Positions 48,379 through 57,121 of a DNA stretch of 57,121 nt are shown one piece after another (position 1 is the stretch's first letter; each line of letters starts with the position of its first letter). This DNA is from Nitrospirota bacterium (GTDB lineage: Bacteria; UBA2233). The position numbers and the translations under genes are program-made. The notes under the pieces are model-generated. The model searched no databases. It worked only from the letters and a program-made list of their open reading frames with translations, and was not told where the DNA came from. The stretch is from assembly GCA_011620345.1 (NCBI GenBank), contig WOZJ01000060.1, positions 1-57,121 on the forward strand, read 5' to 3'.

Positions 48379-50685
48379 CTAGAAAGGAGAAAAACCCTTG
48401 ATGCCCTCGAGCAGGTTGTTAAAGATGTTCGGCAGAATCGCTTTTCCGAGTGCTGCGATGTCGGGGCGAACCTTCACGTGTTTGATGTTCCCTGAAAGCG
48501 AGACTGGAATTTCAATTCTTTGCTTTTTTTTTGCAAGCCAGCTTAGCTGAGAAACGCCTAGCGCCATCGCCTTGCTTAGGCGCTCGGAAACGACGGCCGT
48601 ACCTTGCCCATCTACGGCGCCGCCTTGCATGAGCCTTCCAGAGGCCTCGAGCGAAACACCATCCAAGCTCGTAAGCCGGGCCTCCCTTATATGCCAGGAG
48701 GCTTGCTGGTAAGAAAAGGCGATATTGCCCGTATCGAAGAAATACCCTTCTTGTTGGGCCTCCTTACGAACGAACGGTTCTAGCCCGCGCGCGAACTCTC
48801 GAAACGGCGGAATTGTGCGCATGTTCTCCTGTAGGGCCTTGTACAAGAACAATCCGTGGATCTGGCCGGGCGCCAGCTTGAGCTCCCCAGAGACTTGCAG
48901 CCCCGCCTGGAAGGGGTTTGCAGGGCCGTAAGGACGAATAAGGCGCACAGGCCCCGAGGCCTTCGTTTTTAGATAGACTTTGGGTTCTTTCTTTGAAAAC
49001 GTGAAGAAGGCGCTTTCGGTTTGCAGGTTTTGAGCACTGACCCCGCGCGTTTCGAGCCCGAGGGTCCCTTTCCCAAACCTTACAACCAAAGGCCCGTGAA
49101 ATGTCCCGCCGAGCATGGACGCCTCAAAAGAAGGAAGCTGTAGCCTTGCCTGACCTTTGGGTTCGAGCGTTGCCGTTCCTTTGCCCTTGAGCTTCTCTAT
49201 TACAAGCTTTTTAATGCGGAAAGACTTCAAGGCGGCCTCGATCGCGAACGCCCTTGGCCGCTCTAGGATGTTGGCCGTGGCCGCTTCGATCTCTACCCCC
49301 GTTGCTAGGAGCTTATTCGGGATCGAGACCTCTGGAGCGCTAAGCTTTACGCTCGCCTTCTTGAAATCATGCATTTCCCCTTCGATTTGGGTGGGATATT
49401 TGTTGAAATGCACCGTCTGGGCGGGCAAAAAGATCCTTCCTTCTTTTGCCTCGATTCTAAGATTATCGGCTTCGAGCGTGACGTCCGGGTTGGGGTTCAA
49501 ACTTGCCTGTTCAAGGTGAAGCACGCCGTTTAGCGTATGCGGGACTAAAGAGAGGCTCTCGTCTGCAACACAGCTTGCCTTGAAGCTCAAAAGTCCGCGC
49601 TCTAGGGGCTTGTACGAGACGGGGATGCGTTTTCCGGAGGCTTTCAGCGCATAGCCTGGGGTCTGTCCCCCGCCGGAGCCTGGCTGGACGAACGCTTCCA
49701 AGAGCGGCTCTTTGTTTTCGAGCGTTAAGACAAGCTTTGCCCGCTCGATTCTTGGAAGGCCATGAAATGCGGGGATGACGCGGCCCTCTGCGTGTAGAAG
49801 AAGGGGCTTTGGGTGCAAAGGGCTCTCTAGCCTTCCTTTGAGCAGAAGCTCCAAGCCCGATAGACGACCATCTAGCGTAAGGCTTGCGTTTTGAAAGACC
49901 AGCCCCCGAAGGGCGGGCACTGCATCGTCAAAAAACTGCCCCAAGGGGGCATTTTTTGCTCCGGCCTCGAGCTCTAAAGTGAGCTCTTCAAGCAATGGCT
50001 CCGGGTTGGGGAAAAGGACCTTGGCTCTGAGCCACCCTTTCTGGAACCCGAACGCATAGACCTCTTCTGAGCTAATGTCAACGCTGGCATCGCCCAAGTT
50101 TACCCTTAGGCCAGATAGCCCGGCAGGGCCTTCCATCAGCCCCTCGATCCGCGCGTTGCCGACTTCCAGCGCCTGCAGGTAGGCCCGCACCCGTCCTAAA
50201 GGAAGCCTAACGGGCCGTGGCTTTCTGGGGGCAGGTGTAGCGGCTTGGGCAAGAAAGAAAACGGGGCGGTTGGCCTTCGCTTGCTCCAGCTCTTTAAGCA
50301 AGGTCAGCGTCAAGCTCGAGATTTCCAGCTTTGCGACCCTAGCCTTGCCCCGAACAAGGCCAAGTATATCGAAGCGGGCTCTTATTTTTTCTAAGGAGAC
50401 CTTAGCTATCCTTTTCGATAGATACCTTGGCCGGTCGATCGCGAGCGTGGGAACCTGGACATGGAGCCCATGGATCAAGGAAATCCTTGGGTGAAGCGGG
50501 CCGATCGTCGCGCGTCCCCCGGTTGCGAGCGAAAGCTCGGACTCCGCGCGCTTCCTTAGGGCCTCGAGCCGGGCAGGCGAAAAAATAAGACGCGGGAGCA
50601 GTATTCCGAGGAGCGCGAGGAGAACCCCTAAGCCAAGCAGGAAAAGCAGCGTATAAACAAGCCTAGAACGCACCTTTCCGCGCAT
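48379..50685 (-). CDS. AsmA-like envelope protein
   Basis: N-terminal TM anchor, long beta-rich body, C-terminal IPVSLSG.I..V.V.PD. Confidence 0.6.
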   Translation of the reverse strand: MRGKVRSRLVYTLLFLLGLGVLLALLGILLPRLIFSPARLEALRKRAESELSLATGGRATIGPLHPRISLIHGLHVQVPTLAIDRPRYLSKRIAKVSLEKIRARFDILGLVRGKARVAKLEISSLTLTLLKELEQAKANRPVFFLAQAATPAPRKPRPVRLPLGRVRAYLQALEVGNARIEGLMEGPAGLSGLRVNLGDASVDISSEEVYAFGFQKGWLRAKVLFPNPEPLLEELTLELEAGAKNAPLGQFFDDAVPALRGLVFQNASLTLDGRLSGLELLLKGRLESPLHPKPLLLHAEGRVIPAFHGLPRIERAKLVLTLENKEPLLEAFVQPGSGGGQTPGYALKASGKRIPVSYKPLERGLLSFKASCVADESLSLVPHTLNGVLHLEQASLNPNPDVTLEADNLRIEAKEGRIFLPAQTVHFNKYPTQIEGEMHDFKKASVKLSAPEVSIPNKLLATGVEIEAATANILERPRAFAIEAALKSFRIKKLVIEKLKGKGTATLEPKGQARLQLPSFEASMLGGTFHGPLVVRFGKGTLGLETRGVSAQNLQTESAFFTFSKKEPKVYLKTKASGPVRLIRPYGPANPFQAGLQVSGELKLAPGQIHGLFLYKALQENMRTIPPFREFARGLEPFVRKEAQQEGYFFDTGNIAFSYQQASWHIREARLTSLDGVSLEASGRLMQGGAVDGQGTAVVSERLSKAMALGVSQLSWLAKKKQRIEIPVSLSGNIKHVKVRPDIAALGKAILPNIFNNLLEGIKGFSPF

Positions 50686-52108
50686 CGAACTTCTGCTTAA
50701 GGAGCGTGTTTAACAGCCTTGGGTTTGCCTTGCCCTGGCTCATCTTCATGAGCTGGCCTACAAAAAAACCAAATACCTTTTCTTTTCCGTCCAGATATTC
50801 GTTGACCTGGCTTGGGTGGCGTTCGAAAAGCTCGTCGATCCATGCCAGTAGCGCTTTTTCATCCGATATCTGTCCAAGCCCTTGTTGGGCCACGAAAGCC
50901 TCGGGGTCGAAGTCTTCTTCTAGCAGCCTGGCAAGCAGGTCCTTGGCCGTGTTTTGGTTGATAACGCCCTCCTCGACCATCGAGAGTACCCGGGCCACTC
51001 TTTTTGGCGAAACGGCCGGGAAAAAATCCAGTCGGTTCATCTTTGGCCGAAACGATTTGAGCAGCTCGACCAGAATCCAGTTGCTCGCGGCCTTTGGGTT
51101 GGGGAACGCGTCAACTAGCGCCTCGTAAAACTCCGCCAGCGCGGGGTGTTCGGTCAAGATGCCGGATTCTTCATCGGTTAGGTCGTATACTTGCTTGAAA
51201 CGTTCGCGCTTGTCCCACGGGAGCTCAGGCAACGCCTCGATCCATTCCCCCTCGATCGTAAGCGGTAGGATGTCGGGCTCCGGAAAGTACCTATAGTCGT
51301 GTGCCTCTTCTTTGGAGCGCATGGGCAGCGTTTTCTCTAGTTTCTCGCTCCAAAGCAGGGTTTCCTGCGCGATTTTGCCGCCCGATTCGAGCACTCGAAC
51401 CTGGCGCTCGACCTCGTAGGCCAGCGCCTTTCCGACAAAACGAATCGAGTTCATATTCTTAAGCTCGGCTTTGGTCCCAAACGTTTGGGAGCCCTCCGGC
51501 CGGACGGATACGTTGGCGTCACAGCGCAGGCTGCCTTCTTCCATGTTGCCGTCGGAAACCTTCAGGTACCTCACGAGCTCCCTTAGGGCGCGCAAGTAGG
51601 CCATGGCTTCCTCCGGGGTCGAGATTTCGGGCTCGCTTACGATTTCCATTAACGGGACTCCGGTACGGTTCAAGTCTACGTACGAAGCACCGGCCCTCGT
51701 GAACTCCGCCTCGTGGATGAGCTTGCCCGCATCTTCTTCCAGGTGCAGCCGCGTGATGCCGATCGTTTTGGTCCCGCCGGACGTCTCGATCCTAAGCTTG
51801 CCCGCCGTTGCGAGCGGTTGTTCGTACTGGGAGATTTGGTAGCCCTTGGGCAAATCCGGGTAGAAGTAGTTCTTCCTTGCAAAAAGGCTGCATGGATGAA
51901 CCTGGGCGTCTAAGGCCTTGGCCGTTTTGATCGCGAATAAAACCGCCTGCTTGTTCAAAGCGGGGAGTACCCCAGGCAACCCCAGGCATACGGGGCACGT
52001 AAGCGTGTTGGGCGGGGCCCCGAACACGTTCGGGCACGCGCAAAACATTTTTGAGCGCGTGGCCAGTTGGACGTGGACCTCTAACCCGATGATCGTTTCC
52101 CAGGCCAT
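50663..52108 (-). CDS. gatB: Asp/Glu-tRNA amidotransferase subunit B
   Basis: IGLEVHVQL, RKNYFYPDLPKGYQISQ, DYRYFPEPD. Confidence 0.97.
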   Translation of the reverse strand: MAWETIIGLEVHVQLATRSKMFCACPNVFGAPPNTLTCPVCLGLPGVLPALNKQAVLFAIKTAKALDAQVHPCSLFARKNYFYPDLPKGYQISQYEQPLATAGKLRIETSGGTKTIGITRLHLEEDAGKLIHEAEFTRAGASYVDLNRTGVPLMEIVSEPEISTPEEAMAYLRALRELVRYLKVSDGNMEEGSLRCDANVSVRPEGSQTFGTKAELKNMNSIRFVGKALAYEVERQVRVLESGGKIAQETLLWSEKLEKTLPMRSKEEAHDYRYFPEPDILPLTIEGEWIEALPELPWDKRERFKQVYDLTDEESGILTEHPALAEFYEALVDAFPNPKAASNWILVELLKSFRPKMNRLDFFPAVSPKRVARVLSMVEEGVINQNTAKDLLARLLEEDFDPEAFVAQQGLGQISDEKALLAWIDELFERHPSQVNEYLDGKEKVFGFFVGQLMKMSQGKANPRLLNTLLKQKFDARKGAF

Positions 52109-52117
52109 GGCCTTCCT

Positions 52118-53596
52118 TTATGCGATGGGTTGGTCGAATGGGACGCCCCGGATGGGGGGGTTTGTGAGTTCCTCTATCAGACTGCCCAGGCAAAAGAGCC
52201 TTTCTTCCATGAAGGCCGGGGCCATGATCTGCATTCCAACGGGCAACCCATCGCCCGTTCGGGCGATGGGGAGGCTCATGCCAGGAAGCCCGGCCAAGTT
52301 GAGCGCGTTCGTGTAAATGTCCGAGAGGTACATCGTGAGCGGGTCTTCGATCTTTTCGCCAAGAAGGAACGGAGGCGTCGGGGTTGTCGGCGAGACGATA
52401 GCATCGACCTTTTCAAAGGCGCGTGTGAAGTCTTCCAGGATCAGCCTCCTTACCTGCGCGGCCTTTTTGTAGTATGCCTCGTAGTATCCAGCCGACAACG
52501 CGTACGTGCCGAGCATGATCCTTCGTTTGACCTCGGGGCCAAACCCCGCCGCCCTAGTCAGTTCGTAGAGCTCGAGCAGGCTGTCTGCGTCTTTGGCTCG
52601 AAACCCGTACTTTACGCCATCGTAGCGCGCAAGGTTGGAGCTGGCCTCGGAGGTGGCGAGGATGTAGTACACCGCCGTCGCGTAGGGCGTGTGGGGAAGG
52701 CTGACCTCTTCTACTTGAACGCCCAGCCCTTCTAGGTTTGCCAGCGTGGCCAGCAGCGCGTCGCGGACTTCCTGGTCCATCCCCTCCACGAAGTATTCTT
52801 TTGGAAGCCCGAGCCGAAATCGCCTTGAGTCTTGGCCGAGCAAGGCCTCCAGCGAAGGGACCGGCCTTGCCGAACTCGTCATATCTTTTGGGTCATGGCC
52901 CGCGATCGCCCAGAACAGGATCGCGGCATCCTCGGAGGTCTTGGCCATCGGCCCGATTTGGTCGAACGAAGAAGCGAACGCCACGAGCCCGTAGCGCGAA
53001 ACCCTGCCGTAGGTAGGCTTTAGCCCTACGATGCCGCAAAAGGCGGCGGGCTGACGGATCGAGCCGCCCGTATCCGAACCGAGCGCCGCCTGGCAAAGAT
53101 GCGCGGCAACGGCCGCGGCCGACCCTCCGGAAGACCCGCCCGGCACCCTTTCCAGGGCGAACGGGTTGCGTGTCGGGCCGAAGGCCGAGTTCTCCGTCGA
53201 AGAGCCCATGGCAAACTCGTCCATGTTCGTCTTGCCGAGGAATACCGCTCCTTGGTCTCTCAGCCTTCGAATGCACGAGGCGTCGTACGGGGCTATGAAC
53301 GGCTCGAGCATTTTGGAGCCGCAGGTCGTTTTCGTTCCTTCGACGCAGAGCACGTCTTTTACGGCCAAAGGAATCCCGAAAAGCGGCCCGAGCGGCCCGC
53401 CCTGGGTGAGCTTTTTGTCCAGCGTCCTGGCCCGGTCCCTTGCCCCGTCCGCAAAAACTTCTAGGTAGGCGTTCAGCTCCGGGTTGAGCGCCTCGATTCG
53501 CTTCAAGTGGGCCTCGATCACCTCGGAGGGTTGGAACTCTTTCCTTGAATAGCCGCTCCTTAGCTCGGCCAAGGTCAAAAATGGCAGGTTAGACAC
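52118..53596 (-). CDS. gatA: Asp/Glu-tRNA amidotransferase subunit A
   Basis: KTNMDEFAMGSS, GGSSGGS, SDTGGSIRQPA, RRIMLG. Confidence 0.97.
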   Translation of the reverse strand: MSNLPFLTLAELRSGYSRKEFQPSEVIEAHLKRIEALNPELNAYLEVFADGARDRARTLDKKLTQGGPLGPLFGIPLAVKDVLCVEGTKTTCGSKMLEPFIAPYDASCIRRLRDQGAVFLGKTNMDEFAMGSSTENSAFGPTRNPFALERVPGGSSGGSAAAVAAHLCQAALGSDTGGSIRQPAAFCGIVGLKPTYGRVSRYGLVAFASSFDQIGPMAKTSEDAAILFWAIAGHDPKDMTSSARPVPSLEALLGQDSRRFRLGLPKEYFVEGMDQEVRDALLATLANLEGLGVQVEEVSLPHTPYATAVYYILATSEASSNLARYDGVKYGFRAKDADSLLELYELTRAAGFGPEVKRRIMLGTYALSAGYYEAYYKKAAQVRRLILEDFTRAFEKVDAIVSPTTPTPPFLLGEKIEDPLTMYLSDIYTNALNLAGLPGMSLPIARTGDGLPVGMQIMAPAFMEERLFCLGSLIEELTNPPIRGVPFDQPIA

Positions 53597-53903
53597 GCTC
53601 TTGCTCGCTTGTGTTGGTCTCTAAGATGCTAGGGACAAGAAAATGGCCCTCGTCGAACTCCGGCGCCAGGCATTTAAGGTCTACGGCCGGCCCGTTCTCC
53701 ATTGGGATGTCTTCCCGAAACGAGAGGCCTTCGGCGTTCGGGTGGTAGAGCGGCGGGGTAGCGCTCGTATCTAGCTCTTCTAGCATGCCGATGTAATCAA
53801 GAATGCGGGCAAGCTGCCCCTTGAAAAGGGTAAGCTCCTCTTCGCTCAACGCAAGCCTGGAAAGCCTTGCGATATGCTGAACCTGCTCTCTTTCAATACC
53901 CAA
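53589..53903 (-). CDS. gatC: Asp/Glu-tRNA amidotransferase subunit C
   Basis: VQHIARLSRL, RED, FLVP; TTG start at 53903 after GAGGG. Confidence 0.9.
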   Translation of the reverse strand: MGIEREQVQHIARLSRLALSEEELTLFKGQLARILDYIGMLEELDTSATPPLYHPNAEGLSFREDIPMENGPAVDLKCLAPEFDEGHFLVPSILETNTSEQERV

Positions 53904-53980
53904 GGTACGCCCTCGTCGCCAAAGTGATGGACATTGATCATAAGCCCACAGGGTAGCATACCCCCGCTTTAAAAGGAAGT

Positions 53981-54526
53981 TTATAGGACGTATTGCAGGA
54001 CGAGGATTGCAAGGGTGGCAAAGAGCCCGGCCAAAAGATCGTCCAATAGGACGCCAAGGGAGCCCTCGAGCGTGCGATCGACCCAGCCGATCGGGAAGGG
54101 CTTTAAAATGTCGAAGGCTCGGAACAGGCAAAACCCGAGCGTTATTCTCCAAACCGAAGCGTGAGGGTTTGCCAGCACGACGGGAATCAACAGGTACCCC
54201 GCAACCTCATCCAGTACGAAAGGCTTTGGGTCGTGGCTTGCAAAGTGTTTGCTCGCCAGGGGCAGAAGCGCAAGGCTAAGAGCGCACACAAGCCCAAAAG
54301 CCGAAAGCAGCCCAGGGTAACGCCACGCCGGGTCAAGAAGCCAAAAGAGTGCCACCTCTACGAGCACGCCAAGCAGCGTTCCGAACGTGCCCGGCGCCTT
54401 CGGCAAAAGCCCGGCCCCCAGGCCGCAGGCAATAAGAAGACCAAAGCGCCCAAAGGCCTTTCTTACTTGCTCGTTCTTAACGGTAGCGCGGTTTTTTCGT
54501 GAGTTTTTTCCTTGAAAAGGCTGCAA
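53981..54526 (-). CDS. pgpA: Phosphatidylglycerophosphatase A
   Basis: KAPGTFGT, DPKPFVLDEVAG, FRAFDILKPFP, LDDLLAG; TTG start after AGGAG inferred. Confidence 0.9.
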   Translation of the reverse strand: MQPFQGKNSRKNRATVKNEQVRKAFGRFGLLIACGLGAGLLPKAPGTFGTLLGVLVEVALFWLLDPAWRYPGLLSAFGLVCALSLALLPLASKHFASHDPKPFVLDEVAGYLLIPVVLANPHASVWRITLGFCLFRAFDILKPFPIGWVDRTLEGSLGVLLDDLLAGLFATLAILVLQYVL

Positions 54527-54539
54527 GCCCGGAGGACTC

Positions 54540-55916
<1,377 letters not shown>

Positions 55917-56261
55917 TTACTAGCTTGCATGGGTTCGGCTTGAATCGCCGCCAAAGGAGGCCGAAACGGGTCTGTGCCTCCCAGCCAAAAATAGCGAAGT
56001 ATATTCTATACATAAAATGCCCCGATGTAAAGGATCGATTCTGTAGGTTGCGCCGGAAGGCCGCGTATCGAAGGCGTTGGGCGCCCTGGCAAATGTTTTC
56101 CTGGTACGTTAATCTAATCTTCGAGCGGGCCGGCGCCTTGTCCGTGGGTTGTTTGCCATGCCGGGCGTTTGGGCTTCCCTAAGAAGCGCTAGTTCGTTTC
56201 CTATGTTCCCCCTGGTTTCCTCTCGAGGTGAGCGTCACGTAGGATAAGGAGACTATTAAGA

Positions 56262-57121
56262 ATGGGAATCGTAGAGCAGCCTTTGTTATGGAGCGCGTTT
56301 CTTGGGTTTCTTTTGTTTATGCTCGGGCTTGATCTTTTTGTTTTTCAAAGAAAGGCGCATGTCCTCGGCGTGCGTGAGGCGCTCGCCTTCACCATTCTTT
56401 GGGCCAGCCTGGCGCTTGTGTTCTGTGGCGGCGTGTACCGCTTTATGGGCTCTAGGGCCGCGCTGGAGTTCTTGGGCGCATACCTGATCGAGTTTGCTTT
56501 AAGCGTCGATAACCTGTTTGTGTTCCTTACTCTTTTCACGTTCTTCGGCGTTCCTCATGCCTACCGGCACCGCGCGTTGTTTTGGGGGATCTTCGGGGCG
56601 ATTGTCATGAGGATCACCTTCATCCTTGTGGGCATTCATCTCGTTCGCCGCTTCGATTGGCTTTTGTACGTGTTCGGGGTGCTGTTGATTTATACCGGCA
56701 TCCGGCTCGTCTTCCAAAAAAACGAGCAGGTGGACGTCAAAAAGAACCCCGTCTTTCGGGCGCTCGAGAGGTTTTTCCCTATCACCAAAGGGTACGACTC
56801 GGGCCATTTCTTTTTGAAGGTTGGTCAGAAGTGGATGGTTACGCCGCTTTTTGTCGTCCTTGTGATGATCGAAACGACGGATATTATGTTCGCGCTGGAC
56901 TCGATCCCGGCGGTTTTCGGAGTAACGCTCGACCCTTTCATTGCCTTCAGTTCGAACGCGTTCGCCATCCTGGGCCTTCGGGCGATGTATTTTGCGCTGG
57001 CTGGGTTGATGGAGCTGCTCAGGTTCCTGAATTACGGCCTTGCGCTGATTCTCGTGTTCATCGGGGTCAAGATGATTGCAGGCCATTTCTACGAGATCCC
57101 CATCCTATGGACGCTTGGAGT
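56262..57121 (+). CDS. terC: TerC/Alx-family membrane protein (3' end runs off the window; absent from the ORF track)
   Basis: ATG at 56262 after AAGGAG; MGIVEQPLLW...YLIEFALSVDNLFVF...ETTDIMFALDSIPAVF...SNAFAILGLRAMYF. Confidence 0.92.
   Translation, partial: MGIVEQPLLWSAFLGFLLFMLGLDLFVFQRKAHVLGVREALAFTILWASLALVFCGGVYRFMGSRAALEFLGAYLIEFALSVDNLFVFLTLFTFFGVPHAYRHRALFWGIFGAIVMRITFILVGIHLVRRFDWLLYVFGVLLIYTGIRLVFQKNEQVDVKKNPVFRALERFFPITKGYDSGHFFLKVGQKWMVTPLFVVLVMIETTDIMFALDSIPAVFGVTLDPFIAFSSNAFAILGLRAMYFALAGLMELLRFLNYGLALILVFIGVKMIAGHFYEIPILWTLG

Noticed and set aside
56040-56261. yybP-ykoY (Mn2+) riboswitch expected upstream of terC
   Set aside because: The characteristic GGGGAGTA and GAGAC core motifs were not found by eye; an Rfam scan would be decisive.
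56499-57086. 195-aa minus-strand ORF
   Set aside because: Antisense to the real terC gene on the plus strand.

Overview
About 57 kb of densely coding, GC-rich bacterial chromosome, probably from a metagenome scaffold (four 100-N gaps, three with exact 55-bp duplicated flanks). Gene content suggests a Gram-negative, Deltaproteobacteria/Desulfobacterota-like lineage (inference). Most of the window is housekeeping: cobD, mtaB-rnc-era-der, a TolC/HlyD/ABC exporter, mce and an acyl-CoA dehydrogenase, gap-pgk, menA-like, tRNA-Ala(CGC), thiC, eukaryote-type gltA, rho, comM-ilvE-glnE-mtnA-pncB-asmA, gatCAB, pgpA, gdhA and terC. No integrase, transposase or CRISPR array was seen. The unusual parts are: (1) a four-gene operon with a triheme cytochrome, a lipoprotein that looks like SoxA with two extra hemes inserted, a GalT/APAT-type nucleotidyltransferase and a metallophosphoesterase, with no other sox genes in the window; (2) carboxy-SAM synthase cmoA coupled to a membrane ICMT/PEMT-family transferase and bioD instead of cmoB; (3) a Trk K+ uptake operon headed by a two-component module with no DNA-binding output, plus a small membrane protein; (4) a family of GATAG-footed REP-like hairpins with compensatory stem changes. 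All calls come from reading motifs by eye; no database searches were run.
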